The notes beneath the pieces were generated by a model. It was not told the origin of the DNA. It did no database searches and was given only the letters and a program-made list of their open reading frames with translations. The translations under genes and the position numbers were made by a program. From Eledone cirrhosa (Eukaryota), in contig CAXHJY010000510.1 of NCBI GenBank assembly GCA_964016885.1, forward strand, positions 1 through 64,000: a stretch of DNA of 64,000 nt, in the 5' to 3' direction. Shown piece after piece: positions 1 to 16,469 of the stretch. The first letter of the stretch is position 1. Each line of letters begins with the position of its first letter.

Positions 1-3000
1 TGACACCACCACCACTGACACCACCACCACTGACAACCACCATCACTGACACCACCACCACTGACACCACCACCAACGACCACCACCACCACTGACACCA
101 CTCACGCACTGACACCACCACCACTGACACCACCACCACTGACACCACCACCACTGACACCACCACCACTGACACCACCACCACTGACACCACCACCACT
201 GACACCACCACCACTGACACCACCACCACTGACACCACCATCACTGACACCACCACTGACACCACCACCACTGACACCACCACCACTGACACCACCACCA
301 CTGACACCACCACCACTGACACCACCACCACCACTGACACCACCACCACTGACACCACCACCACTGACACAACCACCACCACTGACACCACCACCACCAC
401 TGACACCACCACCACTGACACCACCACCACTGACACCACCACCACTGACACCACCACCACTGACACCACCACCACTGACAACCACCACCACTGACACCAC
501 CACCACTGACACCACCACCACTGACACCACCACCACTGACCCACCACCACCACTGACACCACCACCACCACTGACACCACCACCACTGACACCACCACCA
601 CTGACACCACCACCACACTGACACCACCACCACCACTGACACCACCACCACCACTGACACCACCACCACTGACACCACCACCACTGACACCACCACCACT
701 GACACCACCAACCACCACTGACACCACCACCACCACTGACACCACCACCACTGACACCACCACCACCACTGACACCACCACCACTGACACCACCACCACT
801 GACACCACCACCACCACTGACACCACCACCACTGACACCACCACCACCACTGACACCACCACCACCACTGACACCACCACCACTGACACCACCACCACTG
901 ACACCACCACCACCACTGACACCACCACACCACTGACACCACCACCACTGACACCACCACCACCACTGACACCACCACCACTGACACCACCACCACTGAA
1001 ACCACCACCACTGACAACCACCACCACTGACACCACCACACCACTGACACCACCACCACTGACACCACCACCACTGACACCACCACCACTGACACCACCA
1101 CGACCACTGGACACCACCACCACCACTGACACCACCACCACTGACACCACCACCACCACTGACACCACCACCACTGACACCACCACCACTGACACCACCA
1201 CCACCACTGACACCACCACCACCACTGACACCACCACCACCACTGACACCACCACACTGACACCACCACCACTGACACCACCAACCACTGACACCACCAC
1301 CACTGACACCAACCACCACCACTGACACCACCACCACCACTGACACACCACCACCACTGACACCACCCACCACCACTGACACCACCACCACTGACACCAC
1401 CACCACTGACACCACCACCACCACTGACACCACCACCACTGACACCACCACCACCACTGACACCACCACCACTGACACCACCACCACCACTGTCACCACC
1501 ACCACTGACACACCAACCACTGACACCACCACCACCACTGACACCACCACCACTGACACCACCACCACTGACACCACCACCACCACTGACACCACCACCA
1601 CTGACACCACCACCACCACTGACACCACCACCACTGACACCACCACCACTGACACCAGCACCACCACCACTGACACCACCCACCACTGACACCACCACCA
1701 CCACTGACACCACCACCACCACTGACACCACCACCACTGACACCGCCACCACCACTGACACCACCACCACTGACACCACCACCACTGACACCACCACCTC
1801 TGACACCACCACCACCACTGACACCACACCACTGACACCACCACCACCACTGTCACCACCACCACTGACACCACCACCACTGACACCACCACCACTGACG
1901 CCACCACCACTGACACCACCACCACTGACACCAGCACCACCATCACTGACACCACCACCACTGACACCACCACCACTGACACCACCACCACTGACACCAC
2001 CATCACTGACACCACCATCACTGACACCAGCACCACCACCACTGACACCACCACCACTGACACCACCACTGACACCACCACCACTGACACCACCACCACT
2101 GACACCACCACCACTGACACCACCACCACTGACACCACCACCACTGACACCACCACTGACACCACCACCACTGTCACCAACCACCACTGACACCACCACC
2201 ACTGACACCACCACCACTGACACCACCACTGACACCACCACCACTGACACCACCACCACTGACACCACCACCACTGACACCACCACCACTGACACCACCA
2301 CCACTGACACCACCACCACTGACACCACCAACCACTGACACCACCACCACTGACACCACACACTGACACCACCACCACTGACACCACCACCACTGGACAC
2401 CACCACTGACACCACCACCACTGACACCACCACCACTGACACCACCACACTGTCACCACCATCACTGACACCACCACCACTGACACCACCACCACTGACA
2501 CCACCACCACTGACACCACCACCCACTGACACCACCACCACTGTCACCACCATCACTGACACCACCACCACTGACACCACCACCACTGACACCACCACCA
2601 CTGACACCACCACCACTGACACCACATCACTGACACCACCACCACTGACACCACCACAACCGACACCACCACCACTGACACCACCACCACTGACACCACA
2701 CCAATGACACCACCACCACTGACACCCCATCACTGACACCACCACCACTGACACACCACCCACCACCACTGACACCACCACCACTGACACCATCACCACT
2801 GACACCACCACCACTGTCACCACCACCACTGTCACCACCCATCACTGACACCACCACAACTGACACCACCACCACTGTCACCCACCATCACTGACACCAC
2901 CACCACTGACCACCACCACCACTGACACCACCATCACTGACACCACCACCACTGACACCACCACCAATGACACCACCACTGACACCACCACCCACTGACA

Positions 3001-6000
3001 CCACCATCACTGACACCACCACCACTGACACCACCACCACTGACACCACCACCACCATCACTGACACCACCACCACTGACACCACCACCACTGTCACCAC
3101 CACCACTGACACCACACCACTGACACCACCACCACTGACACCACCACCACTGTCACCACCATCACTGACACCACCACAACTGACACCACCACCACTGTCA
3201 CCACTATCACTGACACCACCACCACTGAGACAACCACCACTGACACCACCACCACTGACACCACCACCACTGACACCACCACCACTGACACCACCACCAC
3301 TGACACCACCACCACTGGACACCACCACCACTGACACCACCACCACTGACACCACCACCACTGACACCACCACCACTGTCACCACCACCACTGACACCAC
3401 CACCACTGACACCACCACCACTGACACCACCACCACTGACACCACCACCACTGTCACCACCACCACTGACACCAGCACCACCATCACTGACACCACCACC
3501 ACTGACACCACCACCACTGTCACCACCACCACTGACACCACCACCACTGACACCACCACCACCATCACTGACACCACCACCACTGACACCACCACCACTG
3601 TCACCACCACCACTGACACCACCACCACTAACACCAGCACCACCATCACTGACACCACCACCACTGTCACCACCACCACTGACACCACCACCACTGTCAC
3701 CACCACCACTGACACCACCACCACTGACACCAGCACCACCATCACTGACACCACCACCACTGACACCACCACCACTGTCACCACCACCACTGACACCACC
3801 ACCACTGACACCACCACCACTGTCACCACCACCACTGACACCACCACCACTGACACCAGCACCACCATCACTGACACCACTGACACCACCACCACTGACA
3901 CCAGCACCACTGTCACCACCACCACTGACACCACCACCACTGTCACCACCACCACTGACACCACCACCACTGACACCAGCACCACCATCACTGACACCAC
4001 CACCACTGTCACCACCACCACTGACACCACCACCACTGACACCACCACCACTGTCACCACCATCACTGACACCACCACCACTGACACCACCACCACTGTC
4101 ACCACCACCACTGACACCACCACTACTGTCACTACCACCACTGACACCACCACCACTGACACGACCACCACTGACACCAGCACCACCATCACTGACACCA
4201 CCACCACTGTCACCACCATCACTGACACCACCACCACTGACACCACCACCACTGACACCACCACCATCACTGACACCACCACCACTGACACCACCACCAC
4301 TGTCACCACCACCACTGACACCACCACCACTGACACCAGCACCACCATCACTGACACCACCACCACTGTCACCACCATCACTGACACCACCACCACTGTC
4401 ACCACCACCACTGACACCACCACCACTGACACCACCACCACTGTCACCACCACCACTGACACCACCACCACTGACACCAGCACCACCATCACTGACACCA
4501 CCACCACTGACACCACCACCACTGTCACCACCACCACTGACACCACCACCACTGTCACCACCATCACTGACACCACCATCACTGACACCACCACCACTGA
4601 CACCACCACCACTGACACCAGCACCACCATCACTGACACCACCACCACTGTCACCACCATCACTGACACCACCATCACTGACACAACCACCACTGACACC
4701 ACCATCACTGACACCACCACCACTGACACCGCCACCACTGTCACCACCACCACTGACACCACCACCACTGACACCACCACCACTGACACCACCACCACTG
4801 ACACCACCACCACTGACACCAGCACCACCATCACTGACACCACCACCACTGTCACCACCATCACTGACACCACCACCACTGACACCACCACCACTGACAC
4901 CACCATCACTGACACCACCACACTGACACCACCATCACTGACACCACCACCACTGACACCAGCACCACCATCACTGACACCACCACCACTGACACCACCA
5001 TCACTGACACCACCACCACTGACACCGCCACCACTGTCACCACCACCACTGACACCACCACCACTGACACCACCACCACTGACACCACCACTACTGACAC
5101 CACCACCACTGACACCACCACCACTGACACCACCACCACTGACACCACCACCACTGACATCACCACCACTGTCACCACCATCACTGACACCACCACCACT
5201 GACACCACCACCACTGACACCACCACCACTGACACCACCACCACTGACACCACCACCACCTACACCACCACCACTGACACCACCACCACTGACACCACCA
5301 CTACTGACACCACCATCACTGACACCACCACCACTTTCACCACCACCACTTTCACCACCACCACTGACACCACCACCACTGACATCACCACCACTTTCAC
5401 CACCACCACTGACACCACCACCACTGACATCACCACCACTGACACCACTGACACCAACACCACTGACACCACCACCACTGACACCACCATCACTGACACC
5501 ACCATCACCGACACCACCACCACTTTCACCACCACCACTGACACCACCACCACCGACACCACCACCGCTGACACCACCATCACCGACACCACCACTGACA
5601 CCACCACCACTGACACCACCATCACTGACACCACCACCACTGACACCACCACCACTGACACCACCACTGACACCACCACCACTGACACCACCACCACTTT
5701 CACCACCATCACTGACACCACCACCATCACTGACACCACCACCACTGACACCACCACCACTGACACCACCACTGACACCACCATCACTGACACCACCACC
5801 ACTGACACCACCACCACTGACACCACCACCACTGACACCCCCACCACTGACACCACCACCACTGACACCACCACCACTGACACCAGCACCACCATCACTG
5901 ACACCACCACCACTGTCACCACCACCACTGACACCACCACCACTGTCACCACCACCACTGACACCACCACCACTGACACCAGCACCACCATCACTGACAC

Positions 6001-9000
6001 CACCACCACTGACACCACCACCACTGTCACCACCACCACTGACACCACCACCACTGACACCACCACCACTGTCACCACCACCACTGACACCACCACCACT
6101 GACACCACCAACACTGACACCACCACCACTGACACCACCACCACTAACACCACCACCACTGACACCAGCACCACCATCACTGACACCACTGACACCACCA
6201 CCACTGACACCAGCACCACCATCACTGACACCACCACCACTGACACCAGCACCACCATCACTGACACCACCACCACTGTCACCACCACCACTGACACCAC
6301 CACCACTGTCACCACCACCACTGACACCACCACCACTGACACTACCACCACTGACACCACCACCACTGACACCACCACCACTGACACCAGCACCACCATC
6401 ACTGACACCACCACCACTGACACCAGCACCACCATCACTGACACCACCACCACTGTCACCACCACCACTGACACCACCACCACTGTCACCACCACCACTG
6501 ACACCACCACCACTGACACCACCACCACTGTCACCACCACCACTGACACCACCACCACTGTCACCACCACTACTGACACCACCACCACTGACACCACCAC
6601 CACTGTCACCACCACCACTGACACCACCACCACTGACACCACCAACACTGACACCACCACCACTGACACCACCACCACTAACACCACCACCACTGACACC
6701 AGCACCACCATCACTGACACCACCACCACTGTCACCACCATCACTGACACCACCACCACTGACACCACCACCACTGTCACCACCATCACTGACACCACCA
6801 CCACTGACACCACCACCACTGTCACCACCACCACTGACACCACCACCACTGACACCAGCACCACCATCACTGACACCACCACCACTGTCACCACCATCAC
6901 TGACACCACCACCACTGTCACCACCACCACTGACACCACCACCACTGACACCACCACCACTGACACCACCACCACTGACACCACCACCACTGACACCAGC
7001 ACCACCATCACTGACACCACCACCACTGACACCACCACCACTGACACCACCACCACTGTCACCACCACCACTGACACCACCACCACTGTCACCACCATCA
7101 CTGACACCACCATCACTGACACCACCACCACTGACACCACCACCACTGACACCAGCACCACCATCACTGACACCACCACCACTGTCACCACCATCACTGA
7201 CTCCACCACCACTGACACCAGCACCACCATCACTGACACCACCACCACTGTCACCACCACCACTGACACCACCACCACTGACACCAGCACCATCATCACT
7301 GACACCACCACCACTGACACCACCACCACTGACACCACCACCACTGTCACCACCACCACTGACACCACCACCACTGTCACCACCATCACTGACACCACCA
7401 TCACTGACACCACCACCACTGACACCACCACCTCTGACACCAGCACCACCATCACTGACACCACCACCACTGTCACCACCACCACTGACACCACCATCAC
7501 TGACACCACCACCACTGACACCACCACCACTGACACCACCACCACTGTCACCACCACCACTGACACCACCACCACTGACACCAGCACCACCACCACTGAC
7601 ACCACCACCACTGTCACCACCACCACTGACACCACCATCACTGACACCACCACCACTGACACCACCATCACTGACACAACCACCACTGACACCACCACCA
7701 CTGACACCACCACCACTGACACCACCATCACTGACACCACCACCACTGACACCACCACCACTGACACCACCACCACTGTCACCACCATCACTGACACCAC
7801 CATCACTGACACCACCACCACTGACACCACCATCACTGACACCACCACCACTGACACCACCACCACTGACACCACCACCACTGTCACCACCACCACTGAC
7901 ACCACCACCACTGACACCAGCACCACCACCACTGACACCACCACCACTGACACCAGCACCACCATCACTGACACCACCACCACTGACACCACCACCACTG
8001 TCACCACCACCACTGACACCACCACCACTGACACCACCACCACTGACACCACCATCACTGACACCACCACCACTGACACCACCACCACTGACACCAACAC
8101 CACTGACACCACCACCACTGACACCACCACCACTGACACCACCACCACTGACACCACCACCACTGACACCAACACCACTGACACCACCACCACTGACACC
8201 AACACCACTGACACCACCACCACTGACACAACCACTGACACCACCATCACTGACACCACCACCACTGACACCACCACCACTGACACCACCACCACTGACA
8301 CCACCATCACTGACACCACCACCACTGACACCACCACCACTGACACCACCACCACTGACACCACCATCACTGACACCACCACCACTGACACCACCACCAC
8401 TGACACCACCACCACTGACACCACCACCACTGACACCACCACCACTGACACCACCACCACTGACACCACCACCACTGACACCACCATCACTGACACCACC
8501 ACCACTGACACCACCACCACTGACACCACCATCACTGACACCACCACCACTGACACCACCACCACTGACACCAGCACCACCATCACTGACACCACCACCA
8601 CTGTCACCACCATCACTGACACCACCACCACTGACACCACCACCACCGACACCACCACCACTGACACCACCATCACTGACACCACCACCACTGACACCAC
8701 CATCACTGACACCACCACCACTAACACCAGCACCACCATCACTGACACCACCACCACTGACACCACCACCACTGTCACCACCACCACTGACACCACCACC
8801 ACTGACACCAGCACCACCATCACTGACACCACCACCACTGACACCACCACCACTGTCACCACCACTACTGACACCACCACCACTGACACCACCACCACTG
8901 ACACCACCACTACTGACACCACCACCACTGACACCACCACCACTGACACCACCACCACTGACACCACCACCACTGACACCACCACCACCATCACTGACAC

Positions 9001-10660
9001 CACCACCACTGACACCACCACCACTGTCACCACCACCACTAACACCACCACCACTGACACCACCACCACTGACACCACCACCACCATCACTGACACCACC
9101 ATCACTGACACCACCATCACTGACACCACCATCACTGACACCACCACCACCATCACTGACACCACCATCACTGACACCACCATCACTGACACCACCACCA
9201 CTGACACCACCACCACTGACACCACCACCACTGACACCACCACCACTGACACCACCACCACTGACACCACCACCACTGACACCACCACCACTGACACCAC
9301 CACCACTGACACCACCACCACTGACACCACCACCACTGACATCACCACCACTGACACCACCACCACTGACATCACCACCTCCACTGACACCACCACCACC
9401 ACTGACACCACCACCACTGACACCACCACCACTGACACCTCCACCACTGACACCACCACCACTGTCACCACCACCACCACTGACACCACCACCACTGACA
9501 CCACCACCACTGACACCACCACCACTGACACCACCACCACTGACACCACCACCACTGTCACCACCACCACCACTGACACCACCACCACTGACACCACCAC
9601 CACTGACACCACCATCACTGTCACCACCACCACTGACACCACCACCACTGACATCACCACCACTAACACCACCACCTCCACTGACACCACCACCACCACT
9701 GACACCACCACCACTGACACCACCACCACTGACACCACCACCACTGACACCACTACCACTGTCACCACCAACACTGACACCACCACCACTGACACCACCA
9801 CCACTGACACCACCACCACTGTCACCACCACCACTGACACCACCACCACTGACACCACCACCACTGACACCACCACCACTGACACCACCACCACTGACAC
9901 CACCACCACTGTCACCACCATCACTGACACCACCACCACTGACACCACCACCACTGACACCACCACCACTGACACCACCACCACTGACACCACCACCACT
10001 GACACCACCACCACTGTCACCACCATCACTGACACCACCACCACTGACACCACCACCACCACTGTCACCACCACCACTGACACCGCCACCACTGACACCA
10101 CCACCACTGACACCACCACCACTGACACCACCACCACTGACACCACCACCGCTGACACCACCACCGCTGACACCACCACCACTGACACCACCACCACTGA
10201 CACCACCACCACTGACACCACCACCACTGACACCACCACCACTGACACCACCACCACTGACACCACCACCACTGACACCACCATCACCGACACCACCACC
10301 ACCACTGACACCACCACCACCACTGACACCACCACCACTGACACCACCACCACTGACACCACCACCACTGACACCACCACCACTGACACCACCACCACTG
10401 ACACCACCACCACTGTCACCACCACCACTGACACCACCACCACTGACACCACCACCACTGACACCACCACCACTGATACACCACCACTGACACCACCACC
10501 ACTGACACCACCACCACCACCACCACCATCACCACCACTGACACCACCACCACTGACACCACCACCACTGACACCACCACCACTGACACCAGCACCACTG
10601 ACACCACCACCACTGACACCACCATCACTGACACCACCACCACTGACACCACCACCACCA
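1..10660. repeat. Satellite A: tandem array of 15-bp unit (TGACACCACCACCAC)n with 12/18/21-bp and point variants
   Basis: Continuous periodic sequence from base 1. Recurrent variants TGTCACC.., ..CCATCAC and CCAGCACC form higher-order blocks. The + strand is C/A-rich. Confidence 0.97.
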
Positions 10661-13600
10661 TCAAAATACCTAACACTATTACCACCACCACCACCCCCAC
10701 CACCACCACCACCACCACCAACACCACCATCAGCATACCTAACACCATTTCCACCACCATCACCAACACCAACACCACCATCATCAACATACCTAACACC
10801 ACCACCATCACCACCACCATCAACATACCTAACACCATTACGAACACCATCACCAACACCAACACAATCACCACCACCACCACCACCATCACCACCATCA
10901 TCAACATACCTAACACCATTACCAACACCACCACCACCACCATCACCACCATCATCAACATACCTAACACCATTACCACCACCACCACCACCACCATCAC
11001 CACCATCATCAACATACCTAATACCATTTCCACCACCATCACCAACACCAACACCATCACCACCACCATCAACATACCTAACACCATTACCACCACCATC
11101 ACCACCACCATCAACATACCTAACACCATTTCCACCACCATCACCAACACCAACACCATCACCACCACCATCAACATACCTAACACCATTTCCACCACCA
11201 TCACCAACACCAACACCATCACCACCACCATCAACATACCTAACACCATTACCACCACCACCACCATCACCACCACCATCAACATACCTAACACCATTTC
11301 CACCACCATCACCAACACCAACACTATCACCACCACCATCAACATACCTAACACCATTTCCACCACCATCACCAACACCAACACCATCACCACCACCATC
11401 AACATACCTAACACCATTACCACCACCACCACCATCACCACCACCATCAACATACCTAACACCATTTCCACCACCATCACCAACACCAACACCATCACCA
11501 CCACCATCAACATACCTAACACCATTTCCACCACCACCACCACCACCACCACCATCACCACCACCATCAACATACCTAACACCATTTCCACCACCATCAC
11601 CAACACCAACACCATCACCACCACCATCAACATACCTAACACCATTACCACCACCACCACCGTCACCACCACCATCAACATACCTAACACCATTTCCACC
11701 ACCATCACCAACACCAACACCATCACCACCACCATCAACATACCTAACACCATTTCCACCACCATCACCAACACCAACACCATCACCACCACCATCAACA
11801 TACCTAACACCATTACCACCACCACCACCATCACCACCACCATCAACATACCTAACACCATTTCCACCACCATCACCAACACCAACACCATCACCACCAC
11901 CATCAACATACCTAACACCATTTCCACCACCATCACCAACACCAACACCATCACCACCACCATCAACATACCTAACACCATTACCACCACCACCACCATC
12001 ACCACCACCATCAACATACCTAACACCATTACCACCACCACCACCATCACCACCACCATCAACATACCTAACACCATTTCCACCACCACCACCACCACCA
12101 CCACCATCACCACCACCATCAACATACCTAACACCATTTCCACCACCATCACCAACACCAACACCATCACCACCACCATCAACATACCTAACACCATTAC
12201 CAACACCATCACCAACACCAACACCATCACCACCACCACCACCACCATCACCACCACCATCAACATACCTAACACCATTACCACCACCACCACCACCACC
12301 ATCACCACCACCATCAACATACCTAACACCATTACCACCACCAACACCATCACCACCACCATCAACATACCTAACACCATTTCCACCACCATCACCAACA
12401 CCAACACCATCACCACCACCATCAACATACCTAACACCACCACCAACACCACCACCACCACCATCACCACCATCATCAACATACCTAACACCACCGCCAA
12501 CACCACCACCACCACCATCACCACCATCATCAACATACCTAACACCATTACCACCACCACCCCCACCCCCACCCCCACCACCACCACCACCAACACCACC
12601 ATCAGCATACCTAACACCATTTCCACCACCATCACCACCACCATCAACATACCTAACACTATTACCACCACCACCACCACCACCACCACCACCACCACCA
12701 CCAACACCACCATCAGCATACCTAACACCATTTCCACCACCATCACCACCACCATCAACATACCTAACACCATTACCACCACCATCACCACCACCATCAA
12801 CATACCTAACACCACCACCAACACCATCACCACCACCATCAACATACCTAACACCACCACCAACACCATCACCACCACCATCAACATACCTAACACCACC
12901 ACCAACACCATCACCACCACCATCAACATACCTAACACCATTACCACCACCACCACCACCACCATCACCACCACCATCAACATACCTAACACCATTACCA
13001 CCACCATCACCACCACCATCAACATACCTAACACCATTACCACCACCACCACCACCATCACCACCACCATCAACATACCTAACACCATTACCACCACCAC
13101 CACCACCATCACCACCATCAACATACCTAACACCACCACCACCACCACCATCACCACCATCAACATACCTAACACCATTACCACCACCACCACCACCACC
13201 ACCACCACCATCACCACCACCATCAACATACCTAACACCACCACCACCACCATCACCACCACCATCAACATACCTAACACCATTACCACCACCACCACCA
13301 CCACCACCACCATCACCACCACCATCAACATACCTAACACCATTACCACCACCATCACCACCACCATCACCACCACCATCAACATACCTAACACCACCAC
13401 CAACACCATCACCACCATCATCAACATACCTAACACCATTACCACCACCATCACCACCACCATCAACATACCTAACACCATTACCACCACCATCACCACC
13501 ACCATCAACATACCTAACACCATTACCACCACCACCACCACCATCACCACCACCATCAACATACCTAACACCACCACCAACACCATCACCACCATCATCA

Positions 13601-15172
13601 ACATACCTAACACCATTACCACCACCATCACCACCACCATCAACATACCTAACACCATTACCACCACCATCACCACCACCATCAACATACCTAACACCAT
13701 TACCACCACCACCACCACCATCACCACCACCATCAACATACCTAACACCACCACCAACACCATCACCACCACCATCGACATACCTAACACCATTACCACC
13801 ACCACCACCACCATCACCACCATCATCAACATACCTAACACCATTACCACCACCACCACCACCATCACCACCATCATCAACATACCTAACACCATTACCA
13901 CCACCACCACCATCACCACCATCATCAACATACCTAACACCATTACCACCACCACCACCACCATCACCACCACCATCAACATACCTAACACCATTACCAC
14001 CACCATCACCACCATCATCAACATACCTAACACCATTACCACCACCACCACCACCATCACCACCACCATCAACATACCTAACACCATTACCACCACCACC
14101 ACCACCATCACCACCATCATCAACATACCTAACACCATTTCCACCACCACCACCACCACCAACACCATCACCACCACCATCAACATACCTAACACCATTA
14201 CCACCACCATCACCACCACCACCACCATCACCACCACCATTCAACATACCTAACACCATCACCACCACCATCACCACCACCATCACATACCTAACACCAT
14301 TACACCACCACCACCACCACCACCACCACCATCACCACCACCATCAACATACCTAACACCATTACCACCACCACCCCCACCCCCACCCCCACCACCACCA
14401 TCACCATCACCACCACCATCACCACCACCATCAACATACCTAACACTATTACCACCACCACCACCCCCACCACCACCATCACCACCACCATCAACATACC
14501 TAACACCATTACCACCACCATCACCACCACCATCAACATACCTAACACCATTACGACCACCACCACCACCATCACCACCATCATCAACATACCTAACACC
14601 ATTACCACCACCACCACCACCATCACCACCACCATCAACATACCTAACACCACCACCAACACCATCACCACCATCATCAACATACCTAACACCATTACCA
14701 CCACCACCACCACCATCACCACCATCATCAACATACCTAACACCATTTCCACCACCATCACCAACACCAACACCACCATCACCATCACCACCACCAACAC
14801 CATCACCACCATCTCCACCACCATCAACATACCTAACACCATTACCACCACCAACACCATCACCACCACCATCACCACCATAATCAACATACCTAACACC
14901 ATTACCACCACCACCACCACCAACACCATCACCACCATCATCAACATACCTAACACCATTACCACCACCACCACCACCACCACCACCACCATCACCACCA
15001 CCATCAACATACCTCACACCATTACCACCACCACCACCACCAACACCATCACCAACACCATCACCACCATCATCAACATACCTAACACCACCACCACCAC
15101 CATCACCACCATAATCAACATACCTAACACCATTACCACCACCACCACCATCACCAACACCATCACTACCAT
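10661..15172. repeat. Satellite B: variable-length (~39-70 bp) units CATCAACATACCTAACACCATT + (ACC)n
   Basis: The invariant motif ATCAACATACCTAACACC recurs throughout, separated by variable ACC/ATC/AAC triplet runs. It starts abruptly after satellite A. Confidence 0.96.
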
Positions 15173-15625
15173 CGCAGAAGAAAAAGTCAAGACATTTTAT
15201 TTTCCTTACACTTTTCTATATATATATATAGAGTACAGTATATATATATATATACACACACACTTTTAATTAAACAAGACATATATACATACAAAGACTA
15301 CATATATACACACACTTCTAATTAGACAAATTAACACAGAGATACCGCAAAGTACCGGCTCTCTGCGTTCTCAGTTCAAATGCCGGCAGGTGATTAGGTA
15401 GGCCCAGCTGATGTAAAACCACACAAAAAGATAACGACAGCGTCTCGAGTCAACCAAACATTAAATAAGACTAGTTTCTGGTAAACTACAAGAAACGTTA
15501 ATGTCCACAATCCAGCGGAGATACCTCTATACAGTTGGTGGACCTGCTAGAAATAGCAGTTAAATTTACAAGAACGTACAGCCTAGTTTTCAAAAAAAAA
15601 AAATGTATTACGTGTAGCGCAAGAC

Positions 15626-15628
15626 TCT

Positions 15629-15710
<82 letters not shown>

Positions 15711-15716
15711 TCTCTC
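15626..15716. repeat. (CT)n microsatellite
   Basis: Directly visible. Confidence 0.95.
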
Positions 15717-16469
15717 GTGTATTGTGTATATGAATGGTGTTTCGTAAAGGCCCTGCTTGGTCTGACGTGCGCGTTGTGGTTAGAGCTGGGCTATATTTCA
15801 GGAAGTGGCCAGAGGAGGTATTGAATATTTTGTAAGAGATTTACATATGTTTAGTCATAATTAAGTGTAGTTTTTCATTACTGAAATATTCCTTATGGAA
15901 GGTGATAGACATGGTTAAAATTTGTTCTGGTAATACAAGCTGTCTCTAGTTAGAATCGATCCTGGTTAAGATTTAAATTTTACGATTATTTTGGAATAGT
16001 AAACGTGTTTATTTATTTATTTATTTACTGTTGTTATTGTTATTGGCGTTGTTGACGTTAGGCCATTACATTTACTCAAGTTCGTTATTAAGGGCTTTAG
16101 TAAATTAGATTTATTTATTTACAATTTATAGTTTCATTGTTGTACTTATTAAACTCATGGATTGTATATACATGCTTTTATTTACTGCGGAGTGAAAATT
16201 CAATCTTCATTATATCAATCTGCCCACATTCAACCCGTATAGTTACATATATACGTTATTATATGGTTTTGTGTATTCATGTTCATTTATTATAAATTTT
16301 AACTAATTGCAATCTTGTAATTATTCTATTTGCCCCGATGATTTAGTGGTGTTTCCCAATATATCTGCTTTAAACTATTTACTGCAGAGCTCCGCGTAGC
16401 CAATGTCCCAATATTTGTAGTCGCTGTACTATGTATGTTATAGAACGAATAGACTTCGGACGAAAGAAT

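Noticed and set aside
102-15017. Giant ORFs (806-3008 aa; mucin-, extensin- or glycine-rich-like)
   Set aside because: They arise on both strands and in several frames of triplet-based satellites with few possible stop codons. There is no signal peptide, unique domain or splice context.
10661-15172. True telomeric repeat
   Set aside because: CCTAA occurs only once per long unit; there is no tandem (CCCTAA)n or (CCTAA)n tract.
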